Below are positions 43,101 through 54,664 of a stretch of 64,000 nt of DNA, piece after piece (position 1 is the first letter of the stretch; each line of letters starts with the position of its first letter). The notes beneath the pieces were generated by a model, which ran no database searches, was not told the DNA's origin, and saw only the letters and a program-made list of their open reading frames with translations. The stretch spans positions 1 to 64,000 of the forward strand of contig JYFJ02000810.1 of assembly GCA_000934665.2 (NCBI GenBank). Direction: 5' to 3'. This DNA is from Catajapyx aquilonaris. Its lineage: Eukaryota. The position numbers were made by a program, and so were the translations under genes.

Positions 43101-45269
43101 ACGTGACGATTGCAATGCATTTCTTTTGCTTACTTTTTTTTCTTTCAATGCTGGGTACAACTAGCGGAAGATTGCAATAAGAGAACTTTCTCCACACTAT
43201 GTTGGTGCACAAGAGGACAAGTTTATTTGCTAGTTTTGTATTGCCTAATATGGGAGTATGAACGAGGAAGCGGGACAGTAAGTGTGTCCTCTAGTTATTT
43301 GGACGTCTTCATTTAGTTGGCATCTCACGAGTTGTCCAGTAGTCTCCAGCATTTGTCCCGTGGGAAAAAAACATCTTGAGGGCCACACATGCGTACCATC
43401 TTTAAGAGTCTGAACATGCATGGAGGACGTTAGAGTAGATTCGGGTAAACATATCCCAAGCTGACACTTTGGCAGATGGCTTCCCGCTTTGCTGGAAAAA
43501 CGCTAGAGAATCCTGACCCTTCCGGTTACACCGCTAATAACTCACAAGGGCTACAGGATTGGGTGAATCCTCCAACGACTTTCACTCCATTTCAAATCGC
43601 TTTTTATTGCCCGACTGCTTACATGCAGATGAGTCGCCTTGTTCTCCTGACAGCCGCGACCTTTTCAGTTTTATCGCTCTGCCAGATGGAACGAGATTCC
43701 TAAGAGCGATACCAGCTTGATTGTTGCGCATGTACAGCAAAAAGTACTTCAAGACAATCAGGGTCTGGATTGTACAGATGTAATTACTCCATAAATGCCA
43801 GCGGTGTAATGTTTCATTGTATAAATGAAGTCCTCAAAGGTATGGACCGATATCTGTTGGTTGTGCGTGAAACTGCCTTAATGAATGTGGATATCTGAAG
43901 CAATTAACACTGGCTTGATGTATGTATTTACATTAGTTGATTGAAAATCCGCCTTTTAGGTGAAGATTATCTGGAGCATTGCCATTAGGCCGGGGGTATA
44001 AGTAAGACCTATGTCGAAGTCCAGTTTTTTTAAAGGTGTGGGTCACGTCACGAGCCTTTTTGATTAGCCAACCGAATACGTCGCATTAAATGCCCCATAA
44101 ATGTTGAGTTATTGGGAGCAAAAGGATGCAAGTGCATGACCAGTTCCTCCCCCCTTTTTTTGTGTTCAATTGTAAATAATTTGACGATTGTACGTACACA
44201 GTCCAGTTTGCCACATAGCGCCCTTGTTTTCAATTCCTAAGGTGGGCAATACCTCGTTTCCTAATTGCACTTGTGCGTGTCTGGCCATAACTTTATTTCG
44301 GGTTTTCCATTTATTTTTTTGTTATTTTCTTTTTGAAATCAGTAGGTTGCGGAAAGTGTATGGGGCTTGCGGTGGCGCCAACAGCATTGGAAAGTGGGTA
44401 GGGTTGTAGAAGGAAAAATATTTGTGGTCTTGCTTTACAAGAGTCGTGCTAGTGTAGTCCAGTTCCAATGGAACGATTATCCCACGTTACAGTAATTTTT
44501 ACGTTGCGATTGTTGGCTCACAGCGAAGATTCCGTGTCGTTTTCCCTTGGCATTTCGTGCAAAATATTTCGCAAGGACGGATTTACAAATACATGATTTT
44601 CCAATAGCGTGTAGCCTTCAGTGACGTAACTACTAGTAGGTGCGTGTAAGCTGTTATTTAATTTTTCAACCGGCCTGTTTACTGATGTTTAAGTTGTCCA
44701 CTTGTGTTGACCACCTAAGATATATAGGTACACAGCAAATGGCCGTAGGGCACTCGTGCCCCATTGGTTTCGCATCATCGCTTCCAAATTCAATGATGGC
44801 GGAAGACAACGCCCTGCAGCAACCAGCCCTGGTACACACCCCGAGCTGCACCAACGTGGTCTCCTCTCATGTACAGCTCGGAATTCCGACTAGCCTACAT
44901 TTCATGCTTCAGCGTAGATATTGTGAGTCGGGACAAAGGGCAGCGGATTTCACTTTCCGCTTCGAGAAACTATTGCTCGCTAGTCCGAAACCGATCGCGT
45001 TCGTATACGTTTTTTCGCTACTTCTGAGCTGCAACATGGCTAGTTTTTTCAGGTCAATTTTATCCGGAGGCGTGTACAAATTGGTATTGGAAACCTTGGT
45101 CACATAATTGGGGACCCCAAATGCGATATCGGGAGCTGTAGCTTGATTCAGGTTGCTGAATTGTAGCACGGGGCCATTGTCCATATCGATATGAGCCATC
45201 TGGTGAAAACTGACTTTCCGGGCTATTGGTAATATCAGTGAACACGTACGGCAATTTTTATTGTAGGTT

Positions 45270-45413
45270 TTAATGTTGATTTTATTTATTTCTAGATCTC
45301 TGGCCGGGATGTTGTTCGCTGCAGTTTCGCCCGAGTCTACACGTGACTTCTTCCGCTTCTGACTGACCATTGCCTAGAGCCATCTCACCAATCGTGCCAA
45401 GACGACTGCCACC
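45270..45413 (+). other. Splice acceptor (AG 45294-45295) and 118-nt 5'UTR part of the zinc-finger coding exon
   Basis: T-rich tract ttttaatgttgattttatttatttctAG|atctc, followed by a switch to GC-richer sequence. In-frame stops at 45360 and 45375 lie upstream of the ATG, so the main CDS starts at 45414. Confidence 0.7.
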
Positions 45414-47174
45414 ATGGATCTCACTGAGGCTCTTCGCGGGGACGAGTTCTCTAAAACTGATTTCTTTGACTTCGTGACCTGTCCCGATCTTTCCGACGGC
45501 TCCCGGCCCAAGAGCTACTCTTATGGTGCCTCCAATGGGGAACTGGAAGGATTATCGGAAATGAAGGAGACCAATAACAACCACGTGTCCTCCGAGTGCT
45601 TGCAGTTCGAGCAGCTGTGGAGCAACACGCCTGTAGTCAAGGAGAAGGAACCGACCAAACTGGACGGGACCTTCCTGGACGACTTGCAGAAGTTCCTGGC
45701 GGCCACTCCGGAGGACCAGAAGCCTACCACGGACGGGGCCATCTACACCCTGACTGTCCTCAACGGTGACCACAGCTGGCTGAAGACGGAGGATGCGGTC
45801 CATCCGCATGTGTCGCCCTCGCACGCAGTGGACATCAACACTGGTCAGCCTCCACCGATGGAGCTGGACTCGCTGTTCCACATCATCAACGTGGGTGACT
45901 CGAACGGCGTGCATTACCCGACCCCCAATTCGGCCTCGCAGCAACCGGAGGCCGGTGGGAACAACACCAAAGACGATAAGACTCTCGCTGCGCCCAATCT
46001 TCCTCCTCCTAACTACCACTACCACATGGTCAGCAGTGGATGCTATGTCAAGAGAGAGGTGCGACCCAACAACGCATACCAGAGTCCGTCCCCGACCGAA
46101 TCCACCTGCATCAACACCAGGACAACCCCCACCACCAGCAGTAGCGCCACCAGCGCCATCACCAGCAGCAACAACTGCAGCAACAGCAACAGCAGCACCT
46201 CCTCTTCGTCGTCCATCCTATCGCCGACAAACAGCAACGGACAACCCTCCCCTCCGTCCGGGAAGTGCCTCTGGAGCGGTGCTTCCTCAGGAGCTGAATC
46301 GCTTCTTCGGAGCGCGCTGCAAGGTAAGGCACCTTTCCCTGCCGCTGTGCCGTACTCCGACGTGGTTGTGAAGAAAGAACCAGGGTCCGACTCCCACTCT
46401 GAACTGCGACGAGCCTTGTCTGCACCACCAGGAAACAACCAGTTCCCTCCGTCACCCAACACTTACACGATGACCACTCAGGAGCCGGCCCTCAACGGCA
46501 GCAACAGCAACGGTGGTGAGCCCGACCCCATCTTCCCAGGAGAGGATGACCCCGGAGTGACATCCTCCCCGTTGGTGGACCCATCCGGACCTCTTCCAAG
46601 TATGGACGAGCTCATCCTCTCTCACCTGGATACATTCAGTCCAGGTGACTACGAGAGATTCAAGAGGCTGGAGAAAGAGGTGGCCGAGTCCGCGAAACAC
46701 TTCTGCAATGGGGCCGGTTCCAACAGCTCCTCGTCCTCCTCCTCGCAGCAAAATGGCGGGCTGTACCTGCACGAAATGGCCGCGGCAGACTTCAACCAGA
46801 ATGTCTATCTGCGCACTGACCAGGAGGTGGGAATCATCATGTCCCCTCAGGAGCCTCCACCCACCCCAACCAATCCCATGCCATCCAAGACGTCGTCCAA
46901 CTCGTCCCGGAAGTACTCCAAGAGACAGAACGGCAAGAACTCACCCGCAGTCAACGGGGTTCGCAAGGAGCGCTCGTTACACTACTGCACCATCTGCAAC
47001 AAGGGATTCAAAGACAAGTACTCGGTGAACGTGCATATCCGCACGCACACTGGAGAGAAACCCTTCTCGTGTACGTTGTGCGGAAAGAACTTTCGGCAGA
47101 AAGCGCACCTGGCCAAACACTACCAAACACACGCGCAGAAAGCGGCCAACCAACAGAAGTCCGTGAAAAGATAG
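45414..47174 (+). CDS. C2H2 zinc-finger transcription factor, 586 aa, CDS in a single exon; two C-terminal fingers after a long S/P/N/T-rich low-complexity region
   Basis: Longest ORF in the window, with GC3-rich codon usage and a perfect Kozak context (gccaccATGG). Fingers [21 protein letters not shown] and [21 protein letters not shown] are joined by the canonical TGEKPF linker, and a basic NLS-like stretch (RKYSKR...RKER) precedes them. From memory it resembles a conserved arthropod two-finger family (possibly Drosophila CG12769-like), but this is unverified, so no symbol is given. Confidence 0.95.
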   Translation: MDLTEALRGDEFSKTDFFDFVTCPDLSDGSRPKSYSYGASNGELEGLSEMKETNNNHVSSECLQFEQLWSNTPVVKEKEPTKLDGTFLDDLQKFLAATPEDQKPTTDGAIYTLTVLNGDHSWLKTEDAVHPHVSPSHAVDINTGQPPPMELDSLFHIINVGDSNGVHYPTPNSASQQPEAGGNNTKDDKTLAAPNLPPPNYHYHMVSSGCYVKREVRPNNAYQSPSPTESTCINTRTTPTTSSSATSAITSSNNCSNSNSSTSSSSSILSPTNSNGQPSPPSGKCLWSGASSGAESLLRSALQGKAPFPAAVPYSDVVVKKEPGSDSHSELRRALSAPPGNNQFPPSPNTYTMTTQEPALNGSNSNGGEPDPIFPGEDDPGVTSSPLVDPSGPLPSMDELILSHLDTFSPGDYERFKRLEKEVAESAKHFCNGAGSNSSSSSSSQQNGGLYLHEMAAADFNQNVYLRTDQEVGIIMSPQEPPPTPTNPMPSKTSSNSSRKYSKRQNGKNSPAVNGVRKERSLHYCTICNKGFKDKYSVNVHIRTHTGEKPFSCTLCGKNFRQKAHLAKHYQTHAQKAANQQKSVKR

Positions 47175-48523
47175 TCGGAGGAGCCTATAGCACTCTCAGA
47201 CTGCCATAGCGTGCCGGTACCTCAGGAAGATTGTGACTTGCGTGTGTACCGTAACGTGCCTATGTCCGTTGTTGACAACGGATTTATCGTGTCCGTTGAC
47301 TCCCGGACACCAACAGCGCCATCTGTTGATGGCCGTTGAACCTTGCCGATACTGGCCACAATAATCTGTCGTGTCTTTAGTAAGGGGAAGAGTGGTTTTC
47401 ATGGCATGGATCGCGATCTCGCCTTTCCGACTGTGCTTCTGATTTCTAGATACCTGCATATACATGTCAACTGGAGGCAGAGAAACTGTCTCACCTGAAG
47501 AAAAAAAATTTGAACTCGTATCAGTCAACAGGTGTTGGAAGTTGTTTTTTCTTAAGTGCCTGCAATTACACCTACAACTCAACCACACCCTCCAAGTACG
47601 CAAACGGTAGAAAGTAAAGAGGATATCGCAGTGTCAGTTGCTCTATCTTTACAGCCAACAAATCCGGTTGCCCCATGACAATCTCATAAGAATATGTGTA
47701 CATTACATTGTAAGTTGTGTAATTTTTTTTTGAGCCTCTCTGTACCAGAGTGCTTATCTGGTTTTGCGATTAGATGATCAAAGACTGGTAGATTCTCCTT
47801 GGCCACTGCTATTTCTTGACCCAGTTAGTTGTAAAGCTGTCCGGATATTATCAGTAGCTGCCTGTACTGTGTGGGTTATTTACTGCATAATAATGACGCC
47901 AGGTATGACCAAATTACAATACCCTCAGACTAAAGATGAGGCGTAATTAAAGCCACCAAAAATTTTTACTGACGTAATTTCCTAACTATGGATTACCCAA
48001 TGCAATTTTTGCAACAAGTCTCTGAATTGGACAAGTAGTTTTGGCGCCCCATTTTCTCTCGTGTTAATCGCGAACCGGTTTTTGCAGTAATTGCATGGGT
48101 CTGCTTTTTTTTGAGTCAATCCTAAGGATTTCTGAATTTCTGCAAAAGTGGAGGAACACGCGGTTGTTACGAAATGCCATAAAAGTTTGGTACGGTCAAT
48201 TTGAGCGATTTTACAGCATCGCTTTCTCAGCGACAAATTGCTCCAGCTAACTGCACAGTTTTGCGACATTTTTTTTAAAAAAAATTGTGAAATCAGATCG
48301 AAATATCTTATTAGCCTGCGTAATAAATAAGATCGGGGTGGACTTCTATGAGAAACAATTAAGATTTGTAATCTGAAATTTGCGATTTTAAGGTGAGATT
48401 AGGGCTGATAATTGGGTGTGGTGTCTAGCCCCACAAAAAAAATATTTTTGGACAAAATAGTAGAAGAGTTAATCAAGGCTCATACTGGTCATACCAATGC
48501 TATTGGAATCTAATGAGGGCAAT

Positions 48524-48600
48524 TAGTCCTTCGGCGTGTAAGGAGGACTGGTTTAGTCACCTGCCTCTCACCTGCAGGTCAGGGGCTCGAGCCTCGTCGA
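48524..48600 (+). mobile_element. Possible degenerate tRNA-derived SINE head
   Basis: tggtttagtcacctgcctctcacctgcaggtcaggGGCTCGAGCC has a degenerate A-box/B-box layout. Confidence 0.25.
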
Positions 48601-51600
48601 AAGTCAGCTGACCTCTGCCATATATCCCTTTGCATTGCTGTTTGCCTTCTCACACGCCATAAAATTCCAAAATACCTAAGCGCTTGCCCCGATTTGTCCT
48701 CTTGTCTTTCTCTCCCTTTTGTTTTTAATCTCTCCATTACCTATTGAGAAAAATCGGGTTTTGCGATTATTTTTGTTTTATTTTTTGTTAAATTTTATGG
48801 CCAGATCGAAATGGGTTAATGGCCAATTTGCAAGTTGACAACAGCAAGAAAAGACATGTGATGGCTGATGTTGTACATTTTTTTTTTCTTGCTTCGAGAA
48901 GTAGTTTTTTTTTCTTGCAAATTCTGTCCGCTTGGTAAGTGTATGGTCGTAGGATTTCTTGCACTTATTAACATACCAGGTTCCTATTAAGTTAACTGGA
49001 GGATTTCCACTTAGGTTTTTTTTAAATGGCCAACTACATCAATTTGTGCAATTTTTTTTACCTGTTTACTTAGATTTGGCTGCTATTGGTATTACTGTCA
49101 AGATTGTAATGTAGTATTTACCGGCATTTAAATTGAGGCAATAGCGTGGTATTAGTTATTAGCATTTTCCAGGCTTAGATCTGAAATGTATAAGCATCCC
49201 ACGTCGCAAGTTGATTAAATTTTTAGGATTATTGATAGGAATAATTTTTTTACTTTGATAAAATTCTTGCATACGAAGGATGTGATAAATCGTACAAATC
49301 TTCTGAACAAGCAGCACTTTTTTAAAGGAAAATCTTGCAACATCGGTAACAACCAGTATTGGTGAAGATTAGTATTTTGTAATATGTTAGGAACATAAGA
49401 AGCAATCATTGTGCTGTGATGTTTTTATGCAAATTTTCATAGATTATATTACAAGTAGCCTGCTTATGGGCGCCACAATTTTTTTATCATTTATTTTGTA
49501 CGAAACCTGGAAATGTGGTGAAGCCCCCTCTTCTAGAATGTAAAGACTTTAACTATAGTGCTCTCCTAGACTATTTCTATTTATATCTCTTTGATATGGT
49601 GTTTTTAAAGACATGATTTTTTTGACTTCCATCGCTGTACAAATGCGGCTGAAATACTTTAATACATGTATGAGGTTTAGTAGTTGAAGGTACTTGTATA
49701 AAAAGGGTTTATTTGACACTTTTGTTACATATGTGTACTTAGCCTTCTTTATAGATATTATGCACCTAGATAGGTGCTTTACAATTCTCGCCCAAACCCA
49801 TAATTCCATATCGCATGGTTCGCAGGATGAATTCTCTCTTTAACATTATTTATACAGGTCAAAGCACAATTCAAATCATTAATATATACCTTTGTATAAA
49901 ATATAATAATATATTGTCGTTACTTCATCCTGGAGAGATTGCGTTGGGTTGTACTTACCCGCGTTGAAGAGATATTACATACGTGTATTATATTCCAAAA
50001 GCAGACAATTGTCCAGTGCCAACGAATTAATTGTAGCCATTACTCCTGATATTTTTCTTGTGATATTGTTTTGACATGAAACCGCCCCTGGAAGGACGAA
50101 ATGAATAGTTTGGTTGACAATAAACGATCTTTTTATCCCACAATTTTGTCTTTTTTTTAACACGAATAATATAGGTGCGCATGTGATGGATACCAAAGAA
50201 TTCCTGTCAAGACAAACGGTACGTATTTTTCAGAGTAACGAATGACCCTTAATAACAAGTTATATGCCATGCAGCAATTAAGAACAAATTATTCCTAACA
50301 AGGCGCAAAATCCGGGTCGCCTCCCTTGACACTTCCATATTTGAGCAAAATATCACTTAAATTTATCATCCTTTGGGGGGGGGGGGGGGCANATGCAAGT
50401 TACGCGATGCAAGTTAGGTGGACTAAATTCCACGAAGAAGGCGGGTGGACCATGCCGAAAATTTGCATGTACCAATGCAAGTCGTGACTAAGTTAAGGGC
50501 GGAGCCAGTCGAAAAAAGAGGGCTTCTCGTCGGGGCGAGGCCAAACAAGACTCCCACTTGGATGCAAGTAGGACGCTAATAGGGAAATCATGCCTAATCA
50601 TTTCTAATAATTTTGAGACTCTCCGATGTATCTAGTCCGTACTTGTTCATAAGTGTGCCTCGTTGTGGGTCAGAAAAGGATTTGACCTAGCCTCGTCTCA
50701 GGCTAATTCACGACACACTACAATGCCCAGGTCATCCACGCCATCTATTGACAAAACTGCCAACTAGCAACTAACTCCATCTGCTGTCAATAAATTGTAA
50801 CATTTAAAATTGGAATATAGTACACAATGAATACATTGTGTGGCTGTATTTGGTCAGAGGTCAGCTGGAAAGAATATTGTTTAGGGAATAGCACGTGTCT
50901 CGACCTTGCTCGAGTAATGATAGGCGGGGCGGAGTGGGTTCGCCATAAAAATCTCCTATATGCCTGCCGGGGCAGACACTTCCGCAACATACGGGTTATA
51001 AAATCAACGCCGACCCACGTTTGCGTAATTCAATTACACGATCGAGACCATTTTTGCAACACTCCTATTCCTAATTGAACTTTCTCAAATAAAAACACTA
51101 TTTACTATCCCTCACCTTTGCACAAAGTGTGGGAGTACCATAAGTTCCGGTTCGAAAAGCATTGACATAAAAAAAAACTCTGAATATAAAAAAGGCCATA
51201 AAAGTCATATGTATATCCACACTTATGACAGTTACGACAATCTGACACTTTGGCCTCCTATAAATCCCACGCTTTCCCCCAACCTGGATTTTCCTCCAAT
51301 CAGTAAGCCGGATTATCTCAAATATGTAATTGAACATAGTAGCTAGGTGACACATTGAGGCTATTGTCCCTTGCCGATTGGGTTGACCAACAGTGGACAT
51401 GACGTCAATTTGTTTGGTAATAATTTTATTATTGTCAACATATGGGTAAACAATATCTCGGAAAACATATTTAAAAAATGCTGCCCTATGACATTATTCA
51501 GTGTTCGATTCTCACCAAGCACTGTCACGAGCCAACCATATTTTCTTTTTCACAGAGATTAACCCCTCCCCCCCACTTCACAATGGTATAGAACCTCCAG

Positions 51601-54218
51601 GTGACTTTTACTGCTTCTCGCCATGAAGTTTATGGCAATACAAATTCCCAAGTGGCAGTCCCAAACCACTGCCTGACACTTATTTCGAGGGTTACCAGCC
51701 ATATACCTAACTACCAAATCCCCCTATTGGTCTGCCCACCAATTAATTTTGATCCCTTCCCAGTAAAAGTCTGGTTAAATTTTGGGATTTTTCACCCGGA
51801 TTGGAAGATTATGTCAGATTGTAAGAAGAAGAAAAAAAAGGTTGGCTAGAAGAAAGATGGAGGACAGCCCAAGGATGGCGAGATAAATAACAGTAGTGCA
51901 AGAGGCCCAGAGGCTGTCATAAAGTTCCATGGCCGAGCGGTTAGTCGCCTTGCAAATAAAGTCTTCGTCCTCCAACGTAAATCGAAATGGGAATTTGGGT
52001 TTGATTGGATCCCGGATGACGGTACTTGATGTGAGTTTTACACAAAAAAAAAACTACTTTTTGATGATTCTGGAACCATATGAAGGATACCTGTTGTAGT
52101 ATATAGGGGTAGGCCAGCCAATTGCAACTTGTTCACACAGAAGATGACAAAGGTCAACTGTCCAGCCGGTATCGGTTTTTAGAAATTATTGTTGGATCCT
52201 ACCATATATGACAAACTCCNCCCCCCCCCCCCCCCCAAAAAAAAGTCGTGCCCATCTGAGGTCAACCTGATGGTGTGTGTCCAAGGACACAGATGACAAA
52301 CTGCGATATAGATGTTGCACCTACTGAACTACGTGAGTCAATGTTCCGGTACCCGACACCTCATAAATATACAACCCATCACGACCCATCTGGACCAATA
52401 ATTTGGTTAGCCATTTTCGTAAATGGCAGACCAATTTTTCGGTGCCGAGAATTGTGTGGCAGGTCAGGACACGATCGTTCATGACATTCGCCTTCGTGAG
52501 ATAAATCCATTCGCTGATTCCCGCCCTCTTCGTTACCATTCTGAAGGCCAGATACAGACCATCTTTCATTCTGGGAGGATGCTGGATAGCTACCCCCCAT
52601 GGTGGTCAGGGTCACTTCCGACCCCATGAACTCCTTCATGAAAATGTCGGCTTCCTTTGACATACTGTTGCTGATAGCGGATATACATGTTTGCCCTAAA
52701 AATAATTCGGACATGCATTGGCCTCCAGATATTACCAGAGTATACACCACGAAGGACACATTGTTGACAGACAACTCAGCAAAAAAAATATGCGTGACTT
52801 CATACGTAATAGAATTTGAACCGGAACTACTTACGTCTTAAAAAATAGTTTTGAACAGTGTCGACGACACTTTTGGCTATTGTGAAAGAACGGGGCAGAG
52901 GTCAGACAACCACATCCTGAAGGAGGAATGGCCATTTGAGGGACACTTTTTGATACTTCCCAGTCGTGCAAGGTTGTTGGAGCTCATTCCTTCCAAAATC
53001 AAGTGGATGATTCGGCTTGATTCCAGGTAGTTGTAATGATACAGTAGCGAAGGAATCAAAAGGAAGAGTACAATGACAATGTTTTTTTGTATGTGTGTTG
53101 TGACGGCCATGTGAGTCATTCATGAAATATTTGACATTGCCACACATCCTGCATATGGAAGGCTTCTTTAATTTATCAATGGCAACAATGGTCAGTCCTA
53201 TAACTAATAAATATATTTTTAGTCAAAACCCCACTTTTTTTTCGTCACTGGACCATAAACAAGAAGTAATTTCCACGCACTACAAGACAATTACTGGTGC
53301 ATGAAAACTTCATCCAGATACCCCCATTTTGCCCAATGCAACACTAGTCGCCTCCAGCAACCTCTAGCAACTGACCACTTGATGAAGTCGGCAGATACAT
53401 CATGACAAGTCCAGTCCAGCCAACACCTAAGGGGACCAGCTAGGTGTTGTAACTAAGACATGTCCAACCCTACGATGACATGCTGAGGCGGTACGCCGGT
53501 ACAGCTCTAGTTAAGCAAGAGTGGTTTGGGCAGGCTTCCTGCAGTCTCCTTCACCTTTGACTTGCTGAAGAGGAAGGCCGGCCACTCTTCAGAGGCGGAG
53601 ACCATGTGCCCGGTCCACCTCGATCATACACACCAACGTTATACCCTCAGGACATCGTACTAAGCCGATTTCAATATTAATGAGCTGCATATGCAATATT
53701 GAATTATGCGCAACTGGGGCGTGTCTGTTTTGTTGTTGTTTTTTTTTACAACCTGAAAACTGGAAAATTTTGAGAATCGCTCCAGTTGTAACGGTACAGG
53801 GATAGCCCCCAAGAATAACGGACAACCTCTCAAACAGGCTTTATGAGTAATTTGAGGCACCCTTGCCCAGAAAAATGGTCGAGCATGACGGACACCTTCG
53901 CGCTGGAATAGTAAAGTCAATTAGCTTCAGGCGACTCGGTACCGTTTTCTTTTTTACTTGGGACACGCCTCCCAAATGCATCGACGCTTGTGCTGGAAGT
54001 AGCCGACGAAGAAGAAAAGGGCCGACCTTTACCCTTGGATGCACAAAAGGTACGGCATGACCTTATGGATCCGGAGGCACGACTGGGCCACAAAATATTA
54101 TGTCAGTGTCGATTCCCACAGAACGGAAGAGCACGAGTTAACCTTCGCTTTGAGATAGTAGGTGTTTCGTAATATGGGCTAATTAGAGTTTTTTTTAAAA
54201 AAGGTAAAAAAGTGTAAT

Positions 54219-54664
54219 TGATTTATCCGGTGCTGTTAAAGTATGAGCGCCCTCAGGCGGTGGCGTCTGCGTACCTCAACGGCCATTATTTACATTGTTT
54301 AAAAAACTGTTGAGTTATTTTAAATTGTGTATGAATTAATTGTGTAGCCTATGTTAACTGTTAATTAATTAACTAGTTATTTTAACTGTTAATTATTAAA
54401 TTATTTCAATTTACCTGTCAGTTTTCATTCACTGTATTAATTTTACTTGGCTACTTTAACTGTTAATTAGTTAGGTAATTATATTATTTCAATTTACCTG
54501 TCAGTTTCCATTCACTGTATTAATTTCACTTGGGTATTTTAATTGTTAATTTTATTTATTTCATTAATTATTGAAATGAGCGTGATTTTTTCCGGTGCAG
54601 TGGGTAAAGTATGAGCGCCCTCAGGTGATGGCGTCTATGAACCTCGGCGGTCGTTACCATTACA
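54219..54664. repeat. Nested direct-repeat element: two ~80-bp GC-rich repeats enclosing an AT-rich core with a 68-bp duplication
   Basis: 54219-54294 and 54583-54664 share tccggtgc..taaagtatgagcgccctcagg..tggcgtct. 54401-54468 and 54484-54551 are near-identical (period 83). Confidence 0.85.

Noticed and set aside
45360..45413. Stop-codon read-through fusing the uORF to the zinc-finger protein
   Set aside because: A second in-frame stop (TAG 45375-45377) would require double read-through
45521..47028. Several overlapping alternative-frame and antisense ORFs (poly-L, poly-C, etc.)
   Set aside because: Expected by-products of GC3-rich codon usage and AGC/AAC repeats in the real CDS
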